Shown here in pieces: positions 1 to 14,067 of a stretch of DNA of 64,000 nucleotides; the stretch's first letter is position 1; the number at the start of each line of letters is the position of its first letter. A program made the position numbers and the translations under genes. The notes under the pieces are model-generated. The model was given only the letters and a program-made list of their open reading frames with translations, made no database searches and had not been told where the DNA came from. Source of the stretch: Chrysomallon squamiferum (Eukaryota > Animalia > Mollusca); contig CM022671.1 of the NCBI GenBank assembly GCA_012295275.1, forward strand, positions 4,092,001 through 4,156,000, written 5' to 3'.

Positions 1-61
1 TATTATTATTATGATTACGATGATGGTATTAATATAATGATATATTTCGATACTTATGTTT

Positions 62-104
<43 letters not shown>

Positions 105-287
105 GATTATATAGTTACATGTATATAATAGAATCATATAGTTGTGTTTCCATAAAGTACGATGATTTTCTAATATTCCCAGAACTTCATGCACGTACTT
201 TATTTATTTTTTGTTCCTTCTTCCTTTCCGTCATTCTTGTGTTAAAGTACGTTGATCAGTCTTCCAACTCCGTGAACCCAATAAACC

Positions 288-320
<33 letters not shown>

Positions 321-2884
321 TTTCAAATATTTAACAAAAACGTCTGAACACATTGACAACTAAAATATTCCCAAAACAATTTCTTTTTGTTTTTTTTTTT
401 TTTTTTTTCTTTCTCAAACAGAAATACACACATAAGCGTGCACGGTACGAAAGGACTTTTATCCATCTCATTTGTTTAATTGTATAAGGGTGGTTATCTC
501 TCCGTTGCTAGGATACAAGACCCTCTTTTACCCCCCGTACCGTGTCTTGTGTTTTAACGCACTAGCGTAAAAACAATACTGATAGAATCTGGAGTAACAG
601 TTGTAAAACGTTTATTGTGCCGCTCTCGCGTTATCAGTCGATTTCTGACTAAGTTGATTTAGACTTCCAGTCTGCTAACACCTTTCCGTCGCCTTCAACA
701 AATGCCAAAACCTTCGCCAACTGTCTTTCAATGGCCGCTCAGCAGACAGTTTCCGCTGTGACGCGCCAGTCCGCTTGTTGCTGTTCCCCGAGCTTTGAAA
801 AAAAAAATAATAATAATATAAAAAAAAGTAATGAAAAATAAAAAAATAAAAAACGAGGACAAGCAAGTACAAAGCTGGACATCTGTCTTTTAAAAAGCCA
901 AAATGTCAGAAGTCAAAAGACGAGAGAAGAATACGCTAATACCGTTCTGATCTGCCAACTCGATACCGCCAAAAAAAAAAAAAAAAAAAAAGATCGTCTG
1001 ATACGATACCAGTCTGTCTTGTTTGAGACTTAAGATGTAAAAAGCGTAGAACGTCATCGGTTTGTGCGTTCTTTTTTTTTTTATTAGCTAATGATAGTGT
1101 TTGGTGACACTGCGAAGCGAGGGGGGATGTTAACACACAGCTGTCATTAATTTGGATGCTATTAGCAACCAGCGATCCCGAGGCTCTGGCGACGCCCACT
1201 TTATTAACCAATCATGTTTCACTGTAATTATGTGTTTAGCGGCGAGAAAACTTGCAAGGTGGTGACGTGACATAATAGATTGCGGGATTTCTTGTGTTTT
1301 TCCAGTTCTAATTTTGTGTTTAAATTTGACAAAAGATTATTAGCAGATGTTTAAGTTTACATACTTTGTTAATGTCTCCATCTCACACAGTAATTTGTGG
1401 TTTTGATTTTTTTTTTTTTTTTTTTTTTTTCAAAGTTTCTTTTCTTTCTTTGTCTTTTCTCTTCTTTTTAATCTTTTTGCTTTCTTTTTTTTTTGTGATT
1501 GTCGCTTCTTATTATTATGCTTCGGTTACGTCTTCGTTTTTGGGGGTTTTGGGGGTTTTTTGGGTTTTTACGGGAAGTTTGCGGGTTTTATAGGGTTAGC
1601 GTTTTGGGTTTTTTTCCAGGGTAGAATTCAAGGACCTTAGTTCTTAGGAACATAGAACTTGTATTATATGCAGTAATAGTCTATATATAATGTTACTGTT
1701 TGTGTCGCTCCATTGTGAGACATTTGAATGTTTATCAAATATTATTTAACTGAGTAAAGTTCCTTCTTATTAGCACAAGGGGTTACCAAAACCAAATAAA
1801 ACTTAATGACATCGTGTAAGTATAAAAAATTTCTCAGACTGTTCTTTCATACAGACACTAAAGTTAATACCGCCCATTAAGGTTAACACATTTTTACTAA
1901 ATACGATGTCACCGTACCAGAATGACCTAATAATGCTTTAATACTCAACGTTCGGTAGATTACGTGAGTCTATGACGTGTATAATATTCCCATGGCGACG
2001 CGGTATCGAGGCTGGACGAAGAAACCGATATCTCGGTATCACCGGTACGTCGGTTCTTCTTCGCCGATTCTGCACGCAAATGACAAGATAACGCGCCACG
2101 CATGGGCGAGCACGCGCGCCCTGCCCACCCCCACACGGAGCATGATTTGCACGTGAAGTGGGTGCGATGGGTGGGGGTTTGAGTCGAGTACGGGGGCAAA
2201 AGGTCACGGTTACGTTCTCAGCCATGATACGACACAGAAGTTCATCAGATTCTTGATATCATCACGTTGCTCTGTCTCGTAGACGTGGTTGCGATGTGAA
2301 GATAACGTGCACACCGACTGCATGCCACGCACGAAGCGAATCGGAAGATTAAAAAAACCTGTCCGGTGCGACGTTGGTGATGACGTGCTGAAGCTGATGA
2401 ATATTTTTTTTTTTTATTTATTTTTTTTTTTTTGATAAGATGCGTTTCTGGATGGTCATTCATTGGAAAGTAGGCAGAGCTTTGCCAGAAACGTGTTAAA
2501 AAGTAAATGGGTTGTTTTCAGTATCAGCGATCTTTATTTTGATTGTGTTTTTCTCTCTTTGCATGGATGCTTTGTAAATAGCTCTGATCGTATGATTGTA
2601 ACGTAGCTTAAATATTTAAGTATGCATGAATGTGTGAATTCATATACGTATGTGTGTAAGCTTGTATATATGTACGTACGTATGCATGTATATATGCAGA
2701 TAGGTAACAATAATAATAATAATAATTAATCATTGTCAAAAGAAAAACATCTTTAGAGCAAACATAAGATACTGGCTGAAATGAAATTACAAACAAACAT
2801 TTTATTCATCTTTGAACAGGTTTTTCTTACAAATCTTTTTTTCACTATTTTACACAGATTAAAATCTTTTCACTTTAAAAGAGG

Positions 2885-2924
<40 letters not shown>

Positions 2925-4044
2925 ATATTCACAACTGCCTTAATAGACGATTTTAAATTAGTTCCGATTACGTAACTAATTACCATCAGCGCTGTCTAGG
3001 CGCCGTCGGCTTTCGGTAAACAGTATTTCATGTAACCAATCAGAACTCGGCTAGACCTGTCTGCCATTTTTCTCTCCCCCGCTACCCTCCCACCCTCCCT
3101 TGCAGTCTCCTCGCCACTTCTCTCGTGCTCGTGGTTTACCAGAACTAAAATCTCAGTCAGACCGTTTTTCTTTTGAATTATTCGAAGCAAACTGGATCCG
3201 ATGGGCCAATTAGCAGCACACATGCGTATAATTTAATTGCTGCGAGCATACTTGACCATTTGCTAGACGTATCACGTGTTCGGAAGACGATTCAACATGG
3301 CGGACGCGAATAGCGCACGTCAAGTTCCATTTCCACCGATCGTTACTTATGTCTGGAGGAAAGGCAGTTTTCACTCGCTTTTTCGTCTCGTAAATAAAGC
3401 AAAAATATATATTTAGCTTTTGTGATTTTCGTGGAATCCAGACAATGCCGGTCAATTTAAATTTTTAACAGCCAACATAAGTTATCCGGCTGAAAATAAT
3501 TATTTAATATTTCTGTCGAATTTTGCGCGATGTTTTAAACGCTTTCTCCTTCTTTGTTTCACTTCTTCTTCTCCTTTTTTTTCTTCTTCTTCTTCTTCTT
3601 CTTCTTCTTCTTCTTCTTCTTCTTTTATTATTATTATTATCATTATTTATTTATTTATTTATTTATATTACTTTTTCAGACAGACAGATTTGTTTTAATG
3701 ATTTTTATGTTTGGGCACAAACTGCAATCATTAATCCTTTTGGTTTTTAATTAGTTTCCTTTTGTAATATTAATTATTCTATTTATTTTTGCTGATACAT
3801 AATTCTTTAAATTTTATGTATTATGTTATTATTCATTAATTTATTTAGCTTAATTTTATAAATCAGTTTTAATTATTTAATAATAATAATAACAGTAACA
3901 GCTGTATTCTCTTTTATTAAGATTGTGGTTGGCTCTTTTGGGTTTTTTTTTTTTTTTTTTTTGTTTTTTTTTCACTTTAATTTATTGTTGTTTCTTTCGA
4001 TTCTTTTCTTTATTTTATTTTATTTTTTTAAATTTATCTATATC

Positions 4045-4076
<32 letters not shown>

Positions 4077-4626
4077 TTATATATATATACACAAAACATT
4101 CTTTAAATTTTATTTCTCTTCAGTTCTTTTGTTCCCAATTCTCTTTCCCAACATTAATCAACAAAAAACAAAACAACAACATAAAAAAACACACACAAAA
4201 AAACGAAAGAACAAAGGAGGAATGAAACACGCATTATCTTTCTCTCACACTTTAATCAGTATTGTCAGAGAACGCTGATAGCATCCAGCCATTTTAAAAT
4301 TCTTCTCAGCTAATTTCATGCGCTGAACCTTCCGCGTTTCGTTTCCTACAGCCAAGACGTCGTCTCTACGTATTACCAACATTTGTCACGACGTTGAAAC
4401 ATTGGCAGACTTGACAACTACGACGACCATTAATTTGATTTAGGTTTTGTTACACTGTTCTCACAGTCTGGGACAAGCAACACAGGCGTGGCTTTTCTCC
4501 AGTTCTGGTTTCTTTCTGTGCTCTGACTACAAAGTTTAATAACCTAGAGATGATGATCGGTGTAATGGAAATTTTATTATTATTATTTTTGTTATTATTA
4601 TTATTATTATTATTATTTTTATTATG

Positions 4627-4660
<34 letters not shown>

Positions 4661-7356
4661 TATTATTATTATCGTTGTTGGGTTTTTTGTTTTGTTTTTG
4701 TTTTTGTTTTTGTTTTTATTATTATTAATTTCTGTTATTATTAGTAGTAGTATTAGTATAAATATCCTTAAAATATATAAATAAAATAAACAATGAATAA
4801 ATGAATATATATACATATATATACACACAAACACACACACACACACACACACATATATATGTATGTATTTTGAATGTATGCATGAAACAACACTCACACA
4901 CAATAAAATAAATAAACAGAACAAATTGTTTAATTAATTAATTAATTAATAATATCCAGTAACGAAACATAAAAAGGAATTTAAAATTTTTAAAAAAAAA
5001 TAAATAAATAAATAAAAAAAAAAAAAAAAAAAAAAAACTACTTCATTTATTCATTTCACAACAAAGTTAACATTTGCAAATTGACAAAAACCTTCCAGCT
5101 GTATTAAAATCCACGCTAATAAACTCCGTATTATACAAAGGACACCTTTGTAGCATCACACCTCGAGCGCTTATTATTATTATTATTTTTTTTTTTTAAA
5201 TTATTTCTCTCTCTCTCTCTGTCGTTCTTTGAAGCGACTTCACTTTTGTAATCAACATAGTCAGGCGATAAAGATGAGCTGATAAAAAAACAACAACAGA
5301 GAAGCAACTACAACAACGCCGATGGACTTGATTTGCAAAGCGATTCCTTCTGTCGAACGTGGGTAAATTATGAGTCGTTGTTCATACGTTTTATTACCAG
5401 AAAGGTGTGATTTTTTCACCTTTCCTCACTCGACTGATGTGACGGAAACTTAATGGAAAGTCCTGCTGTGAAAATTACTTATTTTTCTTTACAAAATGAT
5501 GGAAAATGACTGTTTTATTTTATTTTTATTTATTTATTTTTCTAATTTTTTTTTTCTGTTATTTTTTTTTCATGATTTTTATTTCGTTTTTTAAAAAAAA
5601 AAAATATGTTTTTATTTATATGTATTTATATACATTTCAGGCAAATTCACACAACTATACATTCAAATACAGAAACTACTGTACAAGGATGTTTATTATT
5701 ATTTTTATTTTTTTACCTTTCTTAATGTTTGATTTTTAAAAATATTTCTTACCTTTCTTTTTTATTATTATTATTTTTTTATATTTAATTTTAGTTTTTT
5801 AAATTATTTTTCCAGTCAGTAAAGAAAACTATTAAAAAAGAAAGAAAAACAGAAAATGAGATAGTGAGACGTAGCTACCAAATATTTGTTTCTCGTTTAA
5901 TTTATTTGTGTAAACACAAACACACACACACACACACACACACACAAATAAATAACTACTTAAAGAAATAAAGAAACGAATAAATGAAGAGTTATGTGTG
6001 CGTGTGTGCGCGCGTGTGTGTGTGCATAAATATTTACATAAGCATTAAACTACGAATATATGTTACTATATTATACGTAACAGATGTGTTTGTTTGTTTG
6101 TTGTTGTTTTTTCTGTGTGTGTTTTTTTTTTCAGTATATACGTACGCAAAAATTCACGCATTTACGCACAGACACGCACACTAATATACAGCACTGCATC
6201 GTTACACCTGGAAACCAGGCCATAATGTTTCATTAGTTTTGTGTTACATTTAGAAGATTACAAGTTAAATTATTCAACAGTTTGATTTCAATCGCTAAAT
6301 TGAAATTCATGTCTCAAATTAACTTTACAGTTTCCAGCCAGGCGTGTAGACACGCTCCAGTGAACCGCCATTGCAGACGCCGCCATGTTTGTTCTCTCAG
6401 TGTCTCGTGGCAGACGACTTCCTGTCATAATGACGTCACACGCAAGATTGCAGAAACAATATGGCTGAGAGGCGTTTAAACAGGTTTCTTGTATTTACGC
6501 AGCAAATAAGATAACCTGATTATAATATTAAAATGTTTTCAGTGCTGTTTCAAGTTATGTAATTCTTCGTTCTAAAATAAATAATGGAAAGGAAATTAAG
6601 CTACGCGGTCGGTGCAAGGCCAAAAGGAAAAATTAAAAATTAATCATAATTACATGGGAGTTCTAAAACTGAGCCTCACAGAAATCTGATAACAAACCAT
6701 TCGCTCAGAGTTTTAAAAATAGCAAATACGTTAAAGGTGTGTGTGTGTATTTATGACAAATATTTATTTATTTATGTATGTATGTAATGTGTGTATGTCT
6801 CTGTTGTATTCTGCCTATGTATGTACTGAGTTGTGCAAATGTGTGAATTTGAAAAGTTTATTTGAAAAGTTGTTTTTCAAAGTAATGTAATATAAATCAA
6901 TAAAATCGTTTTAAAGGCAACTTATTTATCACTATTACTACTACTGCTGCTACTACTACCACTACTACTACTGCTACTATTACTACTACTACTACTGCTA
7001 CTACTGTTACTGCTATTATTATTATTAATAATAATAACGTTTACACCTTTTATTAATGTTTAGAATGTTATTAACAAATATCTCGATTCTAGATCAAATT
7101 ATTTTTTCTGATGTGTATAATGCACATGGATTAAAGGGTTTTAACGTAAGTAATGAAATACTTAATCTTCATTATTAATAAATTTCGTTATTGTCGTCGT
7201 TGTTATCGTTTATTACAATCATCATGATAATTTTTGTTATATTTAAAATTTTCTTCTTTTTTTAAATTTACTTATTAAATTTTTATGTGTTTGTTTTTTG
7301 TGTTTGTTGTTGTTTGTTTTTTTTTTTTTTTTTTTTTTTTTGGTTTTACTTTATTT

Positions 7357-7391
<35 letters not shown>

Positions 7392-8240
7392 TTTCATTAT
7401 TATTATTATTATTATTTTCTATCTTTTTATTTATTGTTTTATTATTTTTTTAATGTTTCATTATATATTTTTTTTGATTATTATTTTTGTTGTTATTGTT
7501 GTTTTTGAGGTTTATTTTTCTAGGAGACAATTATATAATTTAATAATCAGTAATTTAAGGGTAGCAATAATAATATTTGTAGTAATGGTGGTTGATCCAA
7601 ATTTGATATTAATATTCTGGCCATAGTGATGATTAAAACAGTTGTTGACTGGTATAGGAAATATCCTTATGGATAACAATGAAAAGGAATTTCGAACAGG
7701 TTAAATACGGTGTAAGGGAAATAACTCCTGTTTCCGCCACTGAGATAGTTTTACAGAATAATTTTTCAAGTTTTCCAGTTATTTATAATAATTTTCCTTA
7801 TATTACTATTATTAATAATACTACTGTATTTGCCTATACTACCGACTGCTACTACAAATGGGCGCACTAATGAGAAGTTTCACTGATAAATAATCTCAAA
7901 TGATTTGACGATGATTTCACAGTGTAAGGGAAATAACTCCTGTTTCCGTCATTTCGATAGGCGTCCCGAATTGTTTTCCTTTAATTGTGGTGGTTGTGAT
8001 TGTGTACATCATTTCTAACGAAAATCCCTGTTCACTGCAGTCCAACATAATATTCACTTGTTGTAATGGGCGGAGACAAGACAAACTGAGCAAAGGCTGA
8101 AAAATTTCAATTTAAAGACATCAGACTGAATAAGAAATTTAAGCCCCAAAACATGCAAATAAGATTTTAAAGCAGTAACATTTAAGTAAAATTATGAGTA
8201 ATTAATTATTTAAGAAATTAATTGTTCGTAATTTTTGTTA

Positions 8241-8349
<109 letters not shown>

Positions 8350-9156
8350 CATATTTATTTATATTATCATTGTGTCTGTTTGTATGTTTTGTATGATATA
8401 CTGTATTTATAGATGCATGTGCATCTTGCTGTAGACTAACAACGTCCTGTACGTATGTGTGAATGCGTGAGAATTGTATGGGTACGTATATAAAAGTGTG
8501 CATGCGTGCGTGTGTGTGAAAGAGAATAATTGTATGGGAGCGTATGCAGACGAGTACGGTCGGCATTTTAATGCTGTATTTGGCGTGTTCTTTTCTGTAA
8601 CAAAATCACACACAAACACGAACACACAACAGAACTCCATGCACAGTATTCACTCCACAGCATGACAAAGGACTTTCAAATTCTCTCAAAACCCTTTTAT
8701 AAAGACTAAACTGTGACGTCATTATTGGTTCAAGGCAAACAGGAAAACACACGGACGTTGGGAAAATATATTAGATTTGAGTCTCGGTCAATTAGGTTTC
8801 AAAAGTGTGGACTGTGTCGGCGAGACTGCACGAGCGGAAATTGCGTGAAAAAAATCATTGCACTACTCTCTCTCAAATACGGCTAGCATTTCATAGTCAC
8901 GATCCTAATCGGTGCCAAATTGAATTGTCTCCCTTGGGTAATTGAGTTTGCACTAATGAGTAACGTTCTTGTATCTAATCAACGTTGACTAACGTCTCGA
9001 TCTCGAATCACGTCTTGCAAAACGACCATTTCACTCATTAATTTGTCTGTTTGAACGCCGAGTTAGGACTGTCCCGGCAAACAGAGGGTTCGAGTCTCGA
9101 GATCTCTTGAAAAATTAACATTTTAATCTCTCTCTCTCTCTGTTTTTTTCGTGGTA

Positions 9157-9158
<2 letters not shown>

Positions 9159-9238
<80 letters not shown>
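9159..9238. repeat. (CT)n microsatellite
   Basis: Direct inspection. Confidence 0.95.
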
Positions 9239-9244
<6 letters not shown>

Positions 9245-9829
9245 TCAAGTCTATACATATATATATATCTCTCCTGTACATTTATAATACATTCACAAAT
9301 ATACATTAAAATAATTATAATATCCAGACCAATAAGGATCTATGTCATTTAATATAAACCTAATAATAATAATAATAATATATAATATATATATATATAA
9401 TCAAAAGATACAACATAAACAATCAACTTAAAGTGAACCTTTCATTTAATAAATGAAAATTTAAATAATTTAATTTAAATAATAATATAAAACAAAATTA
9501 AACAAGAAAAACAACAACACCAAAAAAAAAATCTTAAAAAATACAAAATGTCATTTAAAATAATTTGTAATAAAAAATCTATAATAATAATAATTTGTAA
9601 TAATAAAATAAATAAATAAATAAATTAAAAATAAATAAATAAATAATGTACAAAAAAATAATCGGGGAAATAAATAATAAATAAAAAAAAAAACAACAAC
9701 GATAAACAAAAAAAAAAAAAAAATATAAATTTATTGTTGGTTTTTTTTGTTGTTGTTGTTGTTAATGTTGCTGCTGCTACTGTTGTTGTTCCTGTTGTTG
9801 TTGTTGGTGGTCTTCTTTTTCTTCTGCAG

Positions 9830-9995
9830 TTCGTAGGATATTACGGATATACATAGTCAGAAGTTATCAGTTTTCGTCATTTATCCCACAGGGATATTTC
9901 CCAGTTATTGATTTTATTTCGCCATCAAGGAGAAGGTACACGTAGAATTTTGCATGCTGCTAATCGATGTCAGTAGTCCATGGATGATTGGAAGG
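9830..9995 (+). other. Candidate alternative upstream exon of the DD-STAND-ANK gene (5'UTR + ATG GAT GAT TGG AAG G)
   Basis: Polypyrimidine acceptor cttttcttctgcag ending 9829, ATG at 9980, and strong donor GG|GTGAGT at 9996 in phase 1, compatible with the Death-domain exon. Confidence 0.3.
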
Positions 9996-10051
9996 GTGAG
10001 TTTTACTTATTTAATATAATTATTTGGTAAAAAGAAAACTAAAAATGTTTA

Positions 10052-10055
<4 letters not shown>

Positions 10056-10122
<67 letters not shown>
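10056..10122. repeat. (AG)n microsatellite
   Basis: Direct inspection. Confidence 0.95.
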
Positions 10123-10124
<2 letters not shown>

Positions 10125-11884
10125 TATGGTTAGATGCAGTTATGAATAGATCGAAGTCTGAGAGAATAAATAAAAGAGAGAAAGAGAAAATGATGAAGAG
10201 AGATGGATAGAAAATTAGTATTTTATTGTTTAGTAAACTAAAATAAATAATGAAGAATGCAAACTTGAGGAGAAGAAAAAAGAAAGAAAAAAGAAAGAAA
10301 AAAAATAAATGAACGAAAGAAATTTGAAAGAAAGAAAAAATCAAGACCAAAAACAAAAATTTTGAAAATCGTATAATCGGGCCATAATTACAGATAGATA
10401 TATATATACATATTTAACGAGGGATTATGTTTTGTTTGCTGAAGAATAAACAGCAGCATACAAATCTAATCGGGGTGTCGGGTATCCTATTGGCTCAAGC
10501 ATTAGAAGCTCGGGTGGACGGACACGGCCCTATCTTTCATCTTCAACAAACGAGCAAACAAGCAGCCGAGATTCCCATTAAACAAACGAGAAAAAAAAAA
10601 AAAAACTTCAAATCAAACATCATTACACAGAGGAGTGTCAAGACACGGGCTAAACGATTAAATCCAATAGCAGAAACCAATGCGCTGGTTGGTAATCGTT
10701 GCAAAAAATAATGAGAATAGCGTGAAGGGAAATATGATCGTCTTTTTTTTTTTTTTTTGCTCATTTACTGCGGGACAGGTGTTCGGGAAACGAAACCTCC
10801 CGCCAATTAAAATCGCCGTAACAAACAGACGAAGCACGGTCAGTAAACGACCCTTCCTCCCTCCCTTTTGAAAGAAAGATCAGTTTAATGATAGTTTTTG
10901 CTTATTCTTAAGCCTCACGAGAAGTGTGTCTATGTAAATACGGTTTGACTTATTCCACAAAAGCCGCCATTGTTGTGGTAATGTCGCCCTGGTCGCATCG
11001 CACCACAGACGGAGATAGATTAATACGTCACAAGACCCTGTCTTGGGCGGGTTAAACACGCAGAGGCCCTGTTAAGTAACACAGAAAATAAACGACACCT
11101 CCACATATTTCATTGTTAATAGTTACTTGTTAACAGTCGTTCGTTCTTTTTTATTTTAGGCTGTGTGCACGGGATTATGGTAAAACGTGCAACGTTACCA
11201 CCAACTACAGCTTACACTACAGCTCAGTAATTACGACCATTAAAAGCAGTTATTTCCATACTACGTGTGTTTTTGTTTTTTATGTTATTTGTTTTTTTGG
11301 CGGGTATTACTTTTTTAATGATTACTTCATTTTGTTGTCGTTGGTTGTCGGGTTTGCTGTACGTTATGACGTCACAACCACAACTCCATTTAATCAAAAT
11401 GGCGGTGCCTGTGAGATTTTGTGATGGCAATATTTCATTGCCTTACTTATTTTTAATTAGCAGAGTCTGGCCGCCAGTCGCACGTGAAACTGCAGGATGG
11501 AAACTGAGTGCATTTAAGCCCTTAGGATGTACAACTTTTATATAAAATACCTATCAGTATTTACTACTACTGGTTAACGATCCTTTATCCGAAATTTCGA
11601 AATCGGAAACTTTTTACATTAGCGAAGACTGCGATATATTAAAGATTTCCGATAGTTTATTAACGAGTTTAGTATTTAGACTGTGATTATATTTTAAGGT
11701 TATTTACATAAACAACAAAATACGAAAAATTCCGAAACAAAAGAGATTCACAGCCTGTGTCATAATATTCTTTAGATATCAGATACAGCGTTGAAATTTA
11801 GCTGCCTTATTATCGTATTTCAATTTATTTTTTGTTGAAATTATTGTTTTTATTATTATTATTATTATTATGGGTGGGTGGTTG

Positions 11885-11946
<62 letters not shown>

Positions 11947-11984
11947 ATGTTTGTGTGTAGGATAAGCTGATGACTAAATGTAAC

Positions 11985-12235
11985 AGTTTAAACACTATAA
12001 GATCTAATAATATAAATGTTGAAAGATGTGATTATTTAAATACTATAAGATTTAATAATTTAAATATTAAAATACGGAATAATGTAAATATTATAATGTG
12101 TATTAATTTAAATAGTATAAAATGAAATAATTCAATTATCATAAGATGTAATCATTTAAATGCTATAAGATTCAGTAATTTAAATACTGTAACATGTAAT
12201 GATTTAAATATTATAACAACTAATCATTTTTACAC
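11985..12235. repeat. Degenerate about 24-bp minisatellite, roughly 10 copies
   Basis: Units like ttaaatactataagatttaataat repeated in tandem. Confidence 0.75.
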
Positions 12236-12777
12236 CACAAAACGCAATATTTAATTTAAAACGTTAAAAAAACCCAGAAAGCACATTAATTTCGTAATTT
12301 TATTAGATTTCTCAAAGATATTAATTTCTTCTTCTTCCTTTTTTTTTCTTTTTTTTTTCCGGTTTTTATCTTTAAAGCATTTTTAACATTCCTTTTATCT
12401 TGTTTGACCACATAACTATAGACCATTGTTTGCTTGCATTGAGAGGTGACATGATAAAAAAAAAAAAATATGTGTCAGTCCGAGCACTTTGGACTCGATA
12501 AAAAACGGACCATTTGTTACCACCCTAGTTTTTCGTACAGGTCAGCTACAAATATTAGCGTGTCCTTGTTTAAGCAGATACTTAGCAATGTCACAAACAA
12601 GTACGTCGTGACAGCTCTGTTTAGAAGAGTGGACAAATGAGGCCTTATTCTTCTTCTTCATCCTCATGTTACTATTTCTCTCTCTTTTTTTTATCTTTTT
12701 GTACGTCATCTCTTTCTTCATCCTAATCTTACTGATTTTCTCTCTGTCATCTCTGTACATCATCTCTCTCGCTCTCT

Positions 12778-12857
<80 letters not shown>

Positions 12858-12862
<5 letters not shown>

Positions 12863-13078
12863 TATTATCAATGTTGTTGTTATTGTTTTGGATTTTCTGT
12901 TGTTGTTTTTTGTTGCCTTGGCTTTTCGATGCCTGTTATGTATAAAGTAATATTAACACAATCTCTCTCTCTCTCTCTCGTTATTATTATCAATGTTGTT
13001 GTTATTGTTTTGGATTTTCTGTTGTTGTTTTTTGTTGCCTTGGCTTTTCGATGCCTGTTATGTATAAAGTAATATTAA

Positions 13079-13081
<3 letters not shown>
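12858..13081. repeat. Perfect tandem duplication (102-bp unique segment, 122-bp period) bounded by (CT)n tracts
   Basis: 12858-12959 is identical to 12980-13081; (CT)n lies before, between and after the copies. Confidence 0.9.
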
Positions 13082-13134
<53 letters not shown>

Positions 13135-13377
13135 ACTTACTGAATGGCCTCCACATGGCTTTGTTTGAAAACACAGGTTTATTAGGGTCGGGTAATCTTA
13201 TCAGTCAATTCAGCACTAAATCTAGACAAGTTCGCAGCACCTCTCGAACTCTTGGTTTATAAACCCTCGTTTACAAAAGTCGCTCAAATGACAAGGCTAA
13301 AACAAACGATGTTTAAGTAGGTCTGAATAAAGGAAGTTGTCGAAAGGAACAAAGCGGTCTGAGGACATCGGTCAGCC

Positions 13378-13742
13378 ATGGATGAAGACAAATCTGGTAG
13401 GCATCTTTTAGCGATTTAATTCGTAATTTAGAATTCTGTCGTTTTTTTTTTTTTTTTACTGTTGTTAATAATTCTGCATCTTGTTGTTGTTTTTTTGTTT
13501 TGTTGGTTGTTTTTTGGGGGTTTTTTTTTTTTTTTTTTTTGCATTATTTGGTTTATAAATATGGGTTTTTTTTTTTTTTTCATCTCTATTCATAGTTTTG
13601 TATAAATATGTCACACAAATACATTAACATCATAATCGCTAAATAGTTTTGGATATATATTATACACAAATGAAACGTGCATAATTACATACATACAAAT
13701 ACACACACATAGATACATACATATATACATACATACACACAC

Positions 13743-13773
<31 letters not shown>

Positions 13774-14032
13774 CATACATACATACATACCTACACACAT
13801 ACACATACATACATACATACATATATAAAAATACATATATACATAGATATATTCATATATAGATACATTCATACATACATACATACACATACATACATAT
13901 ACACACATACATACATACATACACACATACATACACACATGAATACATACGAACATACATATACAAACATACATACATACATAGATACATAGATACATTC
14001 ATACAAATATACATTATGATAATAATTTACAT

Positions 14033-14067
<35 letters not shown>

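Noticed and set aside
675-1211. Minus-strand ORFs 675-872 and 936-1211 as possible exons of a left-hand gene
   Set aside because: No protein motif and no consistent splice-site pair; other frames contain stops.
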